Assembly: GCA_951406725.2 (NCBI GenBank)
Contig: OX597835.1
Coordinates: 9,486,001 to 9,550,000 of the forward strand
Direction of reading: 5' to 3'
Length of the DNA stretch: 64,000 nucleotides
Source of the DNA: Octopus vulgaris
Lineage: Eukaryota
In this document: in pieces, positions 44,540-56,590 of the stretch
How the letters are laid out: each line of letters starts with the position of its first letter
Position numbering within the stretch: the first letter of the stretch is position 1
Made by a program: the position numbers and the translations under genes
The notes under the pieces: generated by a model
The model's input: the letters and a program-made list of their open reading frames with translations, nothing else
Told to the model about the DNA's origin: nothing
Databases searched by the model: none

Positions 44540-44716
44540 GTAGGGAGAGTTTACGAAAAAAACAAAAGAAGACAGGTGGTGTACGAAACAAACAGATGTA
44601 TTAGTATAACGCTCAGGAATAGAAAAAGTCTCTTACGTTTCGAGCCTACGCTCTTCTACAAAAAGGGACACAGAAAAAAACAAGGAGAGAGAAAATGTGT
44701 GTAGTGGCTAACGATC
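44540..44716 (-). mobile_element. Family H1 element between (TA)n and (TGTA)n
   Basis: Minus strand TTGTAGAA-gagc gtag gctc-GAAA-cg-TA-agagac; body matches 14340-14495. Confidence 0.72.
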
Positions 44717-45726
44717 TATGTATGTCTGTATGTATGTATGTATGTATGTATATATATGTATATATAATAGCGAGAGAAGGTTAGAGAAATACAGAGGGAG
44801 GAAGAGAGTAATATTATGTGTGAGCGTGTGTGTGTGTGTGTTTGTGTGTGCCTGTGTGTGTGTGTGTAATTAGATACATTCACACACAGCAGTCATTCAG
44901 GCAATATCTTTATCTTACCCGAATTCGAAGCAAGAATATAATCAATATTAATTTTTATAATTTCACTGAAATCCAATAAAATTTCCACAAATTAAATTTA
45001 TAAAACAACTCTGAAACCTTAAAATTCCAGACCAATTCTCACAAAATATTTATTGGAGATAAATAATTTTAATAATTATACCAGTGTACACAAATTGTCG
45101 ACAAACGGGGGAAATACATAGTTATTAATTAGAATAATGTAATTAAGTGTACCGATTTTTTTTTTTGATTTTCTTTATAATATTTTCCTCATTAACTATA
45201 TACTTCGAAATTATACTATCAAACAAGTAATTATAGAAACTGCTGTATGTGTAGAATGATGTGCGCGATAATTTTTATTTTATAATTATATTAATATACC
45301 TGGATAATTACATAACTGCGTTTGTATTTGTAACTCATACTTATTAAATAAATTGCCAAGTTTAAATATATTGTAAAAATTCTCTGGAGTATGTAAGTGG
45401 ATGTTGACTTGGCTGCGGGGCGCTCACCTTTGGGTTTATTTTCCAATTTCCAAATCAAATTGGAAGAAGCAGGCATACACACAAGTAAAATCTGGCCATA
45501 ATCACCCCTTCTTTCTGTGAAATATAGACCACTTAGAGCGACATTACTCAACAGGAGTGGAATGTAAATATGATTTCTTGAAGGTCTAGTAACACTATAC
45601 GTATTTCGTCATTGACCTCTGTTTTTGTGATTGTATAAACGAAAATCAATGAATTATACACATGTAATGAACTGTATGAATTAAGAGAATTATTTCTGTA
45701 AAAGAAGTCATCAATGTAAACCTTCC

Positions 45727-46108
45727 GGGGGCGCAATGGCCAAGTGGATAGGGCAGCGGACTCGCGGTCACAGGATCGCGGTTTCGATTCCCAGACCGGG
45801 TGTTGTGAGTGTTTATTGAGCGAAAACACCTAAAGCTCCACGAGGCTCCGGCAGGGGATGGTGGTGATCCCTGCTGTACTCTTTCACCGCAACTTTCTCT
45901 CACTCTTACTTCCTGTTTCTGTTGTACCTGTATTTCAAAGGGCCGGCCTTATCACTCTCTGTGTCACGTTGAATATCCCCGAGAACTACGTTAAGGGTAC
46001 ACGTGTCTGTGGAGTGCTCAGCCACTTGCACGTTAATTTCACGAGCAGGCTGTTCCTTTGATTCGGATCAACCGGAACCCTCGTCGTCGTTACCGACGGA
46101 GTGCTTCC
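45727..46108 (+). mobile_element. Full-length tRNA-derived SINE, head 2 with tail X
   Basis: A/B-box-like tggccaagtgg and ggtttcgattccc; 13-bp TSD atgtaaaccttcc at 45714-45726 and 46109-46121. Confidence 0.92.
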
Positions 46109-47028
46109 ATGTAAACCTTCCATGAACTCCCACCGAGCTACTGAAGTAAAAGATTGTCTCCAGTTAGGCCGGGGTTCCTCCAGTATCCCTGACCTAAAAG
46201 CGAGTCTACAAAGAAGATACTTCCTCTGTGAATGGATTGCATATCTATCACATGGTCACTCACTTCACCAGCTGTTAATGGTGTTTATTCTCAACGAAGC
46301 GGGTTGGAGAAACGTGATCTGAAGTGCCTTGCTAAAAGGCAAAACGCGCCGCCGAGAAGCGAATTCACAACTTAACTCTAGTGGACCAAAGCACCTTCAT
46401 AACCAGCCTGGCACTAGTTAACTTGACTATTGACTCCTGTAGCATACCAGAGCCCGGTACCGTGTTACGTAATTCACTACGAATGAATGTGGATTTGCTT
46501 CGAGAATCTTATTTATGGTCATACATTTGTTTTCCAAATTCATCATGTAATGATTTATGCACATGTATTTGTATCCCAACTCCCATCTAATACATGCACT
46601 GATCTTATACCTTCCACATGACTTCGCTGTACGTAGCAACCAATTATCAATTAGGTTTTGCTGGTCCATTCTAGCATGGCATTAATAGTTACATGTCAGT
46701 GATTGGGTATATTCTTCAGAGTTAAATTAGAATTTACAGCTAGCAATTATTTCCTTAATTTACACGTTTGACTTGAAAGTCACAACTCGTTTCAACTATA
46801 CTTTTTTTTATTCTTCATGACACGCATAACATTTTCAAACCCATACATTATCGTCAAAAATAAAATACACAGGGATTAGTAGAGAGAGTTTCCACTATTT
46901 CGTCATGAAGTTAAGAATGTGTTGACATTTAATTGTATACAACATTATATATTATAACAGCATATTCTATGAGGGTATAGATTGATATGTATGTATGTAT
47001 TGTAATAGCGTAAAATACTAATATATTG

Positions 47029-47072
<44 letters not shown>

Positions 47073-47099
47073 ATATATATATAGATATTTATATGTATG

Positions 47100-47139
<40 letters not shown>

Positions 47140-47177
47140 TTCTTTAAATTCTTTAAATTCTCTGAGCTTTAAAGCTG

Positions 47178-47225
<48 letters not shown>

Positions 47226-47304
47226 TGAGATTAAAAAAAGGGCAGGAGAACGGAGTTTTGCACATGCAAATTTATCATACAATTATTTACATCTTTCTTC
47301 TCCT

Positions 47305-47379
47305 AGAATTACGCACGTTTCAGGTGCTAAGTGTGCATTTTGCTGTTATTTATCGGAACAGCATCCTCAGAGCCATTCT
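47305..47379 (-). ncRNA. Hammerhead-like motif with expanded stem II
   Basis: Minus strand agaatggct-CTGAGGA-tgctgtt...aacagca...-GAAA-cgtgcg-TA-attct; stem I needs a 4-nt bulge. Confidence 0.5.
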
Positions 47380-47624
47380 TACTACCCGAATGTTAGATAA
47401 AACTTAGATAAAACTTAGATAAAACTTAGATATGTTTCGACCAGAGATTGGTCCAGGCTATGTCTAACTTAATAGCACCACCTGACGAAACTATGAGACT
47501 GAGCTGAATAGGGGTTTCTTGTTGGGTGTTAGTGTTACTATAAATAGTCTTGTTTCTTGTGACCTGAAGATTGTCCCGACCAGTTAGGTATTTATTGCTG
47601 GGATTGGTCTTATATACGTATCTC

Positions 47625-47710
<86 letters not shown>

Positions 47711-48846
47711 GTACAAAATTACACAAACAGCAACTAGCAAAATGATAAAAGAGAGATTATGTTGGGAGAACAACAATTAAGGGATATTATTTTGACGTTC
47801 AGGTAAAATGGAAGAGTCTTTGACATTTCAGGTGTGCACTGCCCCATACGCAATATTAAACCCAGAAACTAACTCTGACTACCGCTCAGCAAAATCAAAT
47901 GGAGCCCGATGAGTTTCCGCAATACGCGATACAACTCGTATTATAAACATAAAATTAAAATATATCAGAATAGAATTTTATATATGTGTATATATTACAT
48001 AATTGTCGCTTGTCTTGCAAGTGTGCAGCTTTAAGAAATGATATTACACCAAGTGACTTGTCAAAGCCAAATCCGAAATGAGATTCATTATTTGAAATAG
48101 TACTATGTTAATTAATGTTTAAAATGATTGGAAAGTATATTGAATAGTTAAGTGGCCAAGTCACTTGAAATAACTTGTATTTCAATTATCGTTTATGTAC
48201 TCCGATAGACTATAACTAAACAAATATTTACAAATATATATATATTAATATATATAAACCCATATTTATGCATACGTGTATGTGAATGCACGTTTTTATG
48301 TATATATGTACGTATGCACAGGTATATGTATATCATACAGTGTCACAGTAATTTTCTCTTTAATATTCCCCGTCACAGTATCAAGCTGACCTTATAGCAA
48401 AGACAATTTGAAAACTGTAATTGATACCAAGTTGTGCAATAGAATATCATGCAATGTATTAAATTACTGAACGTTGTGTATAAGGCATATGTCACGTTAG
48501 TAATTCATAAGACGAGCAGGAAGGTTTTAATAATATATAGTTTCAAATCGAAATTGGAGAACGTGGCATTGGAGCAAACTCACAATGCAAAATCCTTGTT
48601 GTACAGCCAAGAGTTTACAGGTAATTACGACATTCCAGAGTTTGCGTAGGAGATGACTAACAGGGCTCAAGCAATATGAAATATTCATGGGATTTAAGGG
48701 TTATTGAGGTTACGGTATTGGAGAAAGAATAACAGGCTCAAATTCTAACAAAAGATAGTAAGGAAATATTTGTCACCTGTTAACATATATGATCGATATA
48801 TGCATATATATCAGTACATATAAACATCTGTACACAAATACACATG

Positions 48847-48945
<99 letters not shown>

Positions 48946-49748
48946 GCACAGATAAAATTTCGGGACTGCACGAAGCTTCCTAGCTTCCTACACTTTGATC
49001 TTTGAATCTTAACCTTTACTTGTATATATATGTTTACAGCGCTTAGAAAAACTGAAGAATTGGTGCGATTAGTGGCAGAACCCGAGAGGGGCATATGTTG
49101 AACAAAGTCATAATTAACTGATCCTACCCTTTTTTCTTTAACTGGAAACCAGAAACTCTCCAGACACCTTCATATATATACCTATACATATACATCTATA
49201 CAGAGAGCGAGCGAGAGAGAGAGAGATAGAGTGAGAGAATGCGTGTAAGAGATTCATGTATAGCTATATAGTTATGCATAAATATATACTTATATACACA
49301 TATTGATACATACACAATATTCTAATTTTGGTATATTAGCGTTTTAGTGAATATACCAATATGAGCGTTTCGTTGCAAATTCGAAGTATCGTGGTATTGT
49401 GTGGATTTCGTATTCAAATATGGTCGCTATATCATGAAGCATCTGCTGTTTTTCAGGAAAGTGGGATTCAGTAATTAGACAGCGCCAAAAACAAATTATA
49501 CAACTAACTGTAAGCAACCAGCGAAAACAGTCTCCACGTGCCTCTAGGAATATTTATTTTCTACGTCTGAGATCCAACATTATAAAACAAATGAAATTCG
49601 TATGGCTGCCAAAATTTACGCTGATGACATTCGGAAAGGAGGATCACGTGACGATTGAAACGGGAAGAAATATTGGGAATTGTGAAAATTATAACAGATG
49701 GCGACCGTTAACGATGTATCTGTATATATCTTAACTACGTTGCTATGT

Positions 49749-49935
49749 TTAACCGTTTAGCGTTCAGATGTCTCTGCCAAATGTAAAACTTATTTATTCA
49801 CATTGTTTTGAATTAATCATACATTATCTCATAGCTTTGAGTAATTGATGGTAAGAATGTTTATTTTTAGAATGACACTGTAGAGCAGGTGTGAGAGGCT
49901 TGATCCGGCCACCTTGAACATAAAGTATATAGAAC
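49749..49935 (+). mobile_element. Probable non-autonomous DNA element fragment starting TTAACC
   Basis: ttaaccgtttagcgttcaga... resembles a piggyBac-type TTAA end; second end not found. Confidence 0.35.
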
Positions 49936-50045
49936 ATGTGGACCGCAAATTTTGGAGAGAGAGGGACGAGAGAGAGAGAGTCAATGAGAAGAAAGAGAGC
50001 GAGAGACACATAGAGGGAGGAAGGAGAGACAGATAGGAAGCAATA

Positions 50046-50279
50046 GGCGGCGAGCTGGCAGAATCGTTAGCACGCCGGGCGAAATGCTTTGCGGTATTTC
50101 GTCTGCCGCTACGTTCTGAGTTCAAATTCCGCCAATGTCGACTTTGCCTTTCATCCTTTCGGGGTCGATTAAATAAGTACCAGTTACGCATTGGGGTCGA
50201 TATAATCGACTTAATCCGTGTGTCTGTCCTTGTTTGTCCCCTCTGTGTTTAGCCCCTTGTGGGTAGTAAAGAAATACAT
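50046..50279 (+). mobile_element. SINE family B, full length
   Basis: 12-bp TSD ataggaagcaat at 50033-50044 and 50280-50291. Confidence 0.92.
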
Positions 50280-51262
50280 ATAGGAAGCAATTGTAAAGAG
50301 GGTGGATAGACTACGAAGAAGCGATTGCGACGGCTTCATCTCACTCGATGAACGACAGGTAAAATATACGTTCCACGTTGTTTCGGGTTATAGTTTTTAA
50401 ACACCTATAAACTGAATAATCTGAATTCGTTCGGTAAATTCCTCTTGATTGCATTATGTCTGTATCTTGATTTGCGTTGGGTGAACATTTCAGATAATAA
50501 TCCGTTTGTTGCTTCTGTCTTTGGTATTTTAAATTATTGTTTTGTTTTTTGTTGTTGATTTAAATCCAAGTTAGAATCGATATTAAACCGTGTTAGGAAT
50601 CAATAATTTGTTGTTCAATATTTTGAAATTTTGAGAAAGAAAAATCACAATTGTGACTGGCGAGTAAAAGAAAGGCTCAAAGAACTAAAGGCCTTTTGGT
50701 CTTATGCTATTCATATAATTTCCTGGAGTTGACTTTGCATATATTCCTGGTTAAAGCGACTAAATAAGTTAACCATTCCTCTACTAAACTCGAATTGCTT
50801 CCCTGCATATTTAGCTCTAGAATGCAAGAAATTGTAGCGAGAGCTCATTATAAATCAAGTAGCATAATAAATGCGTATTTTTAATTATTCATTAATGATA
50901 ATTACGAAATTAATTTCAGGAAATTAAAATTTCATTCTCTTCGTTTTTGTAGACTCTCTTTTACTATTTATGAAAGAAATGCATTAAAAAATAGAAATTT
51001 TTTGGGTGAAGACATTACGAAGGATTTCTTAGATCTTATATTTCTTAGTTGCTTTGCAATTAATATTCAAGAGCGAAATTGCTTTCGTTCATTGTGTTCC
51101 TAAACTTGTTTACAGAGTTTTAAACCATCTCCCACCAGAACTTTTTTTACCGTTACTTCCATTCTAGATATCCTTATTATTACCAGAATTAGCAACGGTA
51201 TTACCTTAATCATCATCACAGTAAGGTTACACTTCTTTTCTAGTCAAAACATTGTAGATGTG

Positions 51263-51835
51263 TCTTCTTCTTCTTCCACTTCTCCTCCTTCTTCTTCTTC
51301 TTCTCTTCTTCTTCTTCTTCTTCTTCTTCTTCTTCTTCTTCTTCTTCTTCTTCCGTTTCTTCTTCCATTTCTTCTTCTTTTTCTTCTTCTTCTTCTTCTT
51401 CTTCTTCTTCTTCTTCTTCTTCTTCTTCTTCTTCTTCTTCCATTTCTTCTTCCATTTCTTCTTCTTCTTTTTCTTCTTCTTCTTCATCTTCTTCCATTTC
51501 TTCTTCCATTTCTTCTTCTTCTTCTTCTTCTTCATCTTCTTCCATTTCTTCTTCCATTTCTTCTTCTTCTTCTTCTTCTTCTTCTTCTTCTTCTTCTTCT
51601 ACTTCTCCTCCTCCTCGTCCTCATCCTTCGTTTTTTCTTCTTGTTGTTTTGATTATTATTTTTATTATTATTATTATATTTTTTTTGTTTATTATTATTA
51701 TTGTTGGCTGTAGTAGTGGTAGCAGTAGCAGCAGCAGCAACAGCAGCAACAGCAGCAACAGCAGCAGCTGTAGCAGCAACAGCAGCAGCTGTAGCAGCAA
51801 CAGCAGCAACAGTAGTAGTAGTAGTAGTAGTAGAA
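51263..51835. repeat. Compound (CTT)n/(ATT)n/(AGC)n/(AGT)n microsatellite
   Basis: Direct reading. Confidence 0.95.
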
Positions 51836-52140
51836 GTTTTATTTTTATAGCGTACTTTCACTTCCCTACCGAGCGCAGCTCTGTGTGCCTTAGGTATGTG
51901 CTGTGATTTGTTGTGATGCTCTGATGGTTATTGTAAGGAAAGTGTTCTGCATAGGATGTGTGCAGTGCCTAGTAGTGCAATTTTCTGTATGTTATATGTG
52001 TTTGTAAGTCCTGGGGTTTTTGTTATGTATTTGTCTGAATATTTTTTTATCATGCCTAATGCACCTACTATGATAGGAATTGTTTCTGTCTTTAGATTCC
52101 ACATTCTGGTTACCTCTATTTCCAGGTCTTTGTATTTTTT
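51836..52140 (-). mobile_element. 3' end of an RLE-type (R4/Dong-like) non-LTR retrotransposon
   Basis: KKYKDLEIEVTRMW...IPIIVGALG...IQKIALLGTAHIL is typical of the restriction-like endonuclease C-terminus; short 3' UTR with AATAAA then (ACT)n; (TAA)n at the 5' junction. Confidence 0.85.
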
Positions 52141-52174
52141 ATCATTATTATCATTATTGTTATTATTATTATTA

Positions 52175-52541
52175 TTGAGTGAGCGAGCAGAGCATGCCAT
52201 CAAAGTGACACTGGGGTAAAATATACGAAGCCCAGTATACCCATCATGACTACTCGTCTGATAAGGGCACACCAGGCACATGCATCACAACCATATGTGC
52301 GCGAAATGGTGATCTCATATCAAGATAAACAGCACATGACCTTGCAGGTGGAGCCCAGTTAGAATTTTCTTCAGATCGAGTAACCCATCCCGCTCAAAAG
52401 GTCCCTGAATAAGGGTTGTTTAAGGATGTTGAAAGAACCACCCATGTTTCCAGAGGTGAACTATTCAAACCCCAAAGAATCCCTCTCAACACATGGCTAT
52501 GATGCTCCCCCACTACTTCTGCTCGTGATCAGAGATGCACA
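52175..52541. mobile_element. Non-coding insert of about 365 bp flanked by (TTA)n on both sides
   Basis: Higher-GC block between (TTA)n tracts, adjacent to the RLE LINE end. Confidence 0.5.
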
Positions 52542-52561
52542 TTATTATATTATTATCATTG

Positions 52562-52640
<79 letters not shown>

Positions 52641-53279
52641 CGTTGTTCTTCTTCTTATCATCACCCCCATCATCATCATTGCTATTATTATTATTATTAT
52701 TAATTAAAAAGATATAAGAAATCATTATTCCAATTCTTTAATTTCCCTCCTTCGTTTTATCATCATCATTTATTTAAAAAAAAAAGAAGAAAAAAATCAT
52801 TTCGATAGTAAATGCTTCTTACGTTGCTTTTTTTTTTTTGCTTTTTATCTTTTTCTCTCTTTCTTCCCCATAATCTTCAACCATTCCCTTCAACATCCAT
52901 TTCCTACACTTATCTCCAAACAGCATCAGCATTATCGTAATCCTTCGCCCGTTCTCTCTAATATTTCAGATATTTACAATTAATTTTCCAGTAATTAAAA
53001 TTTTATAATAGATTTCTTTGTTGTGTTATTGAAAGTTTGTCTTGTTTTCTTTTATTTATTTATTTCTCATATTAAATATTCAGACGAGTGTTAGATTAAA
53101 GAAAACAAAATCCTAGAAACACCATTTACAGATGACGTTTTTTTTTTATTGTGAAAATATTTCAGATAAGTGATAACATTTACAAATATTATTATCATCA
53201 TTATTATTGTTGTTGTTGTTGTTGTTGGTAGTAGTGTTGTTGTTGTTGTTGTTATTATCATCATCATATTATTCGAGTT

Positions 53280-53585
53280 CGGACTGCTGTTAGCACAACG
53301 AACGAAAAGCTTAGCGGCATTTTGTCCGTCTTTATATTTTAAATTCAAATTCCGCCGAGGTTGACTTTGTCTTTCCCCCCTTTCGCAGTCGATAAAATGA
53401 CCTCAAGCTGAGCACTAAGGTCAAGATGATCGAAGATCTTCTCCCCTGAAGATGCTGGCCTCGTGCCAAAACTTTAAATCATTATTATCATTCGAGACGG
53501 TAGGACCTTTAGCAGAGTGGGCGAAATGCGTATCGGCATTTCGTCCGTCTATTTATTCCAAATTCAAACTCCGCCGATGTCGACT
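53280..53585 (+). mobile_element. Two degenerate SINE family B fragments
   Basis: ggcattt.gtccgtct...ttcaaa.tccgccga.gt.gact occurs twice. Confidence 0.6.
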
Positions 53586-53878
53586 GTATCAAACCGTTCT
53601 ACAATGACTGGAATAACCTTTCCGTCGTACCATATTCCAATAGTCTCACTCCACTAGTCTTGGTATACGTCAATCTTATTCGTTTCTTCTCCATCACGGG
53701 AAATGCCTCATCTACCAAGAGAAAAATTCTATCTTTGGTTCAAAAGTTTCCAATTCTTTTGACAGATTTTCTCTTCACTTTGTCACTCAGTTATTGTTAT
53801 TTCAGACTTTCCACAATATTTCAAGCGTCGAGCCTATAGTACAAAGATCATTATTATTTTTGTTGTTGTTATTTAAAA

Positions 53879-54048
53879 GGCGGTGAGCTGGCAGAATCGT
53901 TAGCAGGCGGGACGAAACACTTCGCAGTATTTCGTCTGCCGTTACGTTCTGAGTTCAAATTCCGCCGAGATCGACTTTGTCTTTCATCCTTTCGGGGTCG
54001 ATTAAATAAGTACCAGTTACGCACTGGGCTCGATATAATCGACTTAAT
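53879..54048 (+). mobile_element. SINE family B, 3'-truncated
   Basis: Homology to 50046 up to gacttaat. Confidence 0.88.
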
Positions 54049-54389
54049 TCCTAGTTTCTCAATTTTCTTTTCTCTGCAAACGTAAAATCATTTGGAAAGT
54101 CTATACCATTCTAGTCTATAATAGTGTTAACATTATACTATGTTTGAATTCTTTATCAATAGACATGCTAAAGTTCTATGGAATTTTCACTCTAACGTTC
54201 TCTAATTGAGTGGTGGGGGCGCATATGGATACGACAAAGTATTTTCATACTATCGAATTTAGCACGAGGCACATTCACAGCCACTGTGCCACGTTATTGT
54301 ACCACTGCGTATATTTTGTAGAGTGTAAGGATGGGGGCTTCCCTCATCCAGTGCGGTGCATCAGTGTGAAAATCGCTATATTCACACAT

Positions 54390-54507
54390 AGTAGTAGCGG
54401 TAGTAGTAGTAGTAGAGGCAGCAACAGCAGCAGTAGTAGCAGCAGCAGCAACAGCAGCAACAGCAACAACAGCAACAGCAACAGCAGCAGCAGTAGTGGT
54501 GGTAGTG

Positions 54508-54541
<34 letters not shown>

Positions 54542-54615
54542 CATTGGTGGCGGTGGTGGTGGCGGCAGCAGCACCAGCAGCAGTAGTAGTAGTAGTAGTA
54601 GTAGTTGTAGTAGTA
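54390..54615. repeat. Compound AGT/AGC/AAC/GGT trinucleotide repeat
   Basis: Direct reading. Confidence 0.9.
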
Positions 54616-55650
54616 GATTACGAAGAAAATATTTGAAATGCATTTTAATAATGTTGATGTTTACTCAGAACTAACATGGCGCTGTACAGGAAAGAGGAAC
54701 AACGATTTAACTATAAAAAGAGATAAAAAATAAAGGCCAAAGAATCATTTCCGGAAACGCAAATGCGTCGACAATTCCTGGCACCATTAGGCGTTTCTGT
54801 TAGATTTGAATCCAACATTTTGTCTGTAGTTTTATTTTATTCGTTTGGTTAGATGAAGCGTCTGTGTATTTTTGTGTGTATCATTGGGTTGTTTTCTTTG
54901 TTTTTTTTTGTTTTTTTTCACATATCACACCAGTTAAGTGGCTAATTAACTAACGAATTTTCTGCTTGAATAAATTGCCCAGTGATACTAATTTTCTCCC
55001 AGTCGAAACGAAAAAAAAATAAAAAAATACGTGCGAAAATATAGCTTAATGATTTGTGAATAAAATGCAGAACAAATTAAAGTAGATGATTCGTAATTAA
55101 GACGCTAATGATTAACCCCTTGTAACCCAGCGCTAAATTATTTTTAGGAGCTGGATTAAAATGAGAAATTTTTCCCAGACATAAGTTCATATGTCACTGT
55201 AATAAGAAGTCAATTTCAATTATATATCCAGTTCCGTTGCACACGATAAATTGCAGTAGTACTTATGGCAGGATCACATTTTCCAAATAACTTGACATTA
55301 ATATTTATAAATAGAAATTATGTGGAAATCTTGTTGATTGCTTTTGTGTCTGGTAGCTCTTATTTCATGTCCTCGTACTTCGTATTAATCGTTGCTTATG
55401 TTTCGTGACCTCCTGTACCCACATATGCATATGTATATACATAGACATGTAAGTATGTACGTATACGTATGTATATATGCATATGTATATATATTATTGA
55501 TACCTTAGGTTCAAAAGTTTACAATTCTTTTGACAGGTTTTCTCTTCACTTTGTCACTCAATTATTGTTATTTCACACTTTCCACAATATTTCAAGCGTC
55601 GAGCCTATAGTACAAAAGATCATTATTATTTTTGTTGCTGTTATTTAAAG

Positions 55651-55797
55651 GGCGGCGAGCTGGCAGAATCGTTGGCACGCGGGACGAAACACTTCGCGGT
55701 ATTTCGTCTGTTGTTACGTTCTGAGTTCAAATTCCGCCGAGGTCGACTTTATCTTTCATCCTTTCGGGGTCGATTAAATAAGTACCAGTTACGCACT

Positions 55798-55799
<2 letters not shown>
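55651..55799 (+). mobile_element. SINE family B, 3'-truncated, inside a duplicated segment
   Basis: Homology to 53879; the upstream flank is also duplicated. Confidence 0.88.
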
Positions 55800-55845
<46 letters not shown>

Positions 55846-55847
<2 letters not shown>

Positions 55848-56066
55848 GGAGTAAACACATAAATGTGAAACAAGGTTTAAAAAAGAGTACTCAAATACCA
55901 GTGGTAGAGTAATATGCTTTATTTTAAGCAGCAGAAAATTCAACAAAATCTGTTACTCTGAGTTTCTCGTTGCCGTTCATCAGATTCTAGCAAAAACTGT
56001 CTGATGAACGGCAACGAGAAACTCAGAGTAACAGATTTTGTTGAATTTTCTGCTGCTTAAAATAAA

Positions 56067-56067
<1 letters not shown>
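55846..56067. mobile_element. Penelope-like terminal-repeat remnant with a perfect 68-bp inverted repeat and hammerhead motif, flanked by (TA)n
   Basis: 55917-55984 is the exact reverse complement of 56000-56067; ctgt-CTGATGA-acggcaacga-GAAA-ctcagag-TA-acag at 55997-56034, then AATAAA. Confidence 0.8.
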
Positions 56068-56108
<41 letters not shown>

Positions 56109-56534
56109 ATATATACATACATATATATACAAGATATATATATATATATGCATGGACACATGTATGTGTGCGTGTTTATGTGTCTGTGTGTGTATGCAGT
56201 ATCCTGTAGCGGCCAGTTAATACAAAGGAGATAATCGTTCCTTTAAAATATCAGAGAACGGGTCGACGCTTGAATATGAAATTTAAAAAAAAAGCGAAAA
56301 ATATGAAAAGACTACAAGTATTCATATATTCATGTTCATCGCTTACTTATTATAAAGATATAATATATTATTATAAAGATATAATATATTAAGATGACCA
56401 CGCCATTTCATTCTATTTAGAAATCGTGCATGAAATAACCTTGTATTTCTTAATTAAATATCTTATCAACGAGATATCTCTTATGGTTGGAAAATATATA
56501 ATAGTCTGCATGAAATACATAGAATATTGTTTTC

Positions 56535-56590
<56 letters not shown>

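Noticed and set aside
48050-48167. Near-palindromic CAAGT(G/C)ACTTG occurring twice
   Set aside because: Two 11-mers give no basis for a regulatory call without conservation data
49617-49652. CTGATGAcattcgGAAA
   Set aside because: Stem II is 1 bp, and stems I and III do not pair in register
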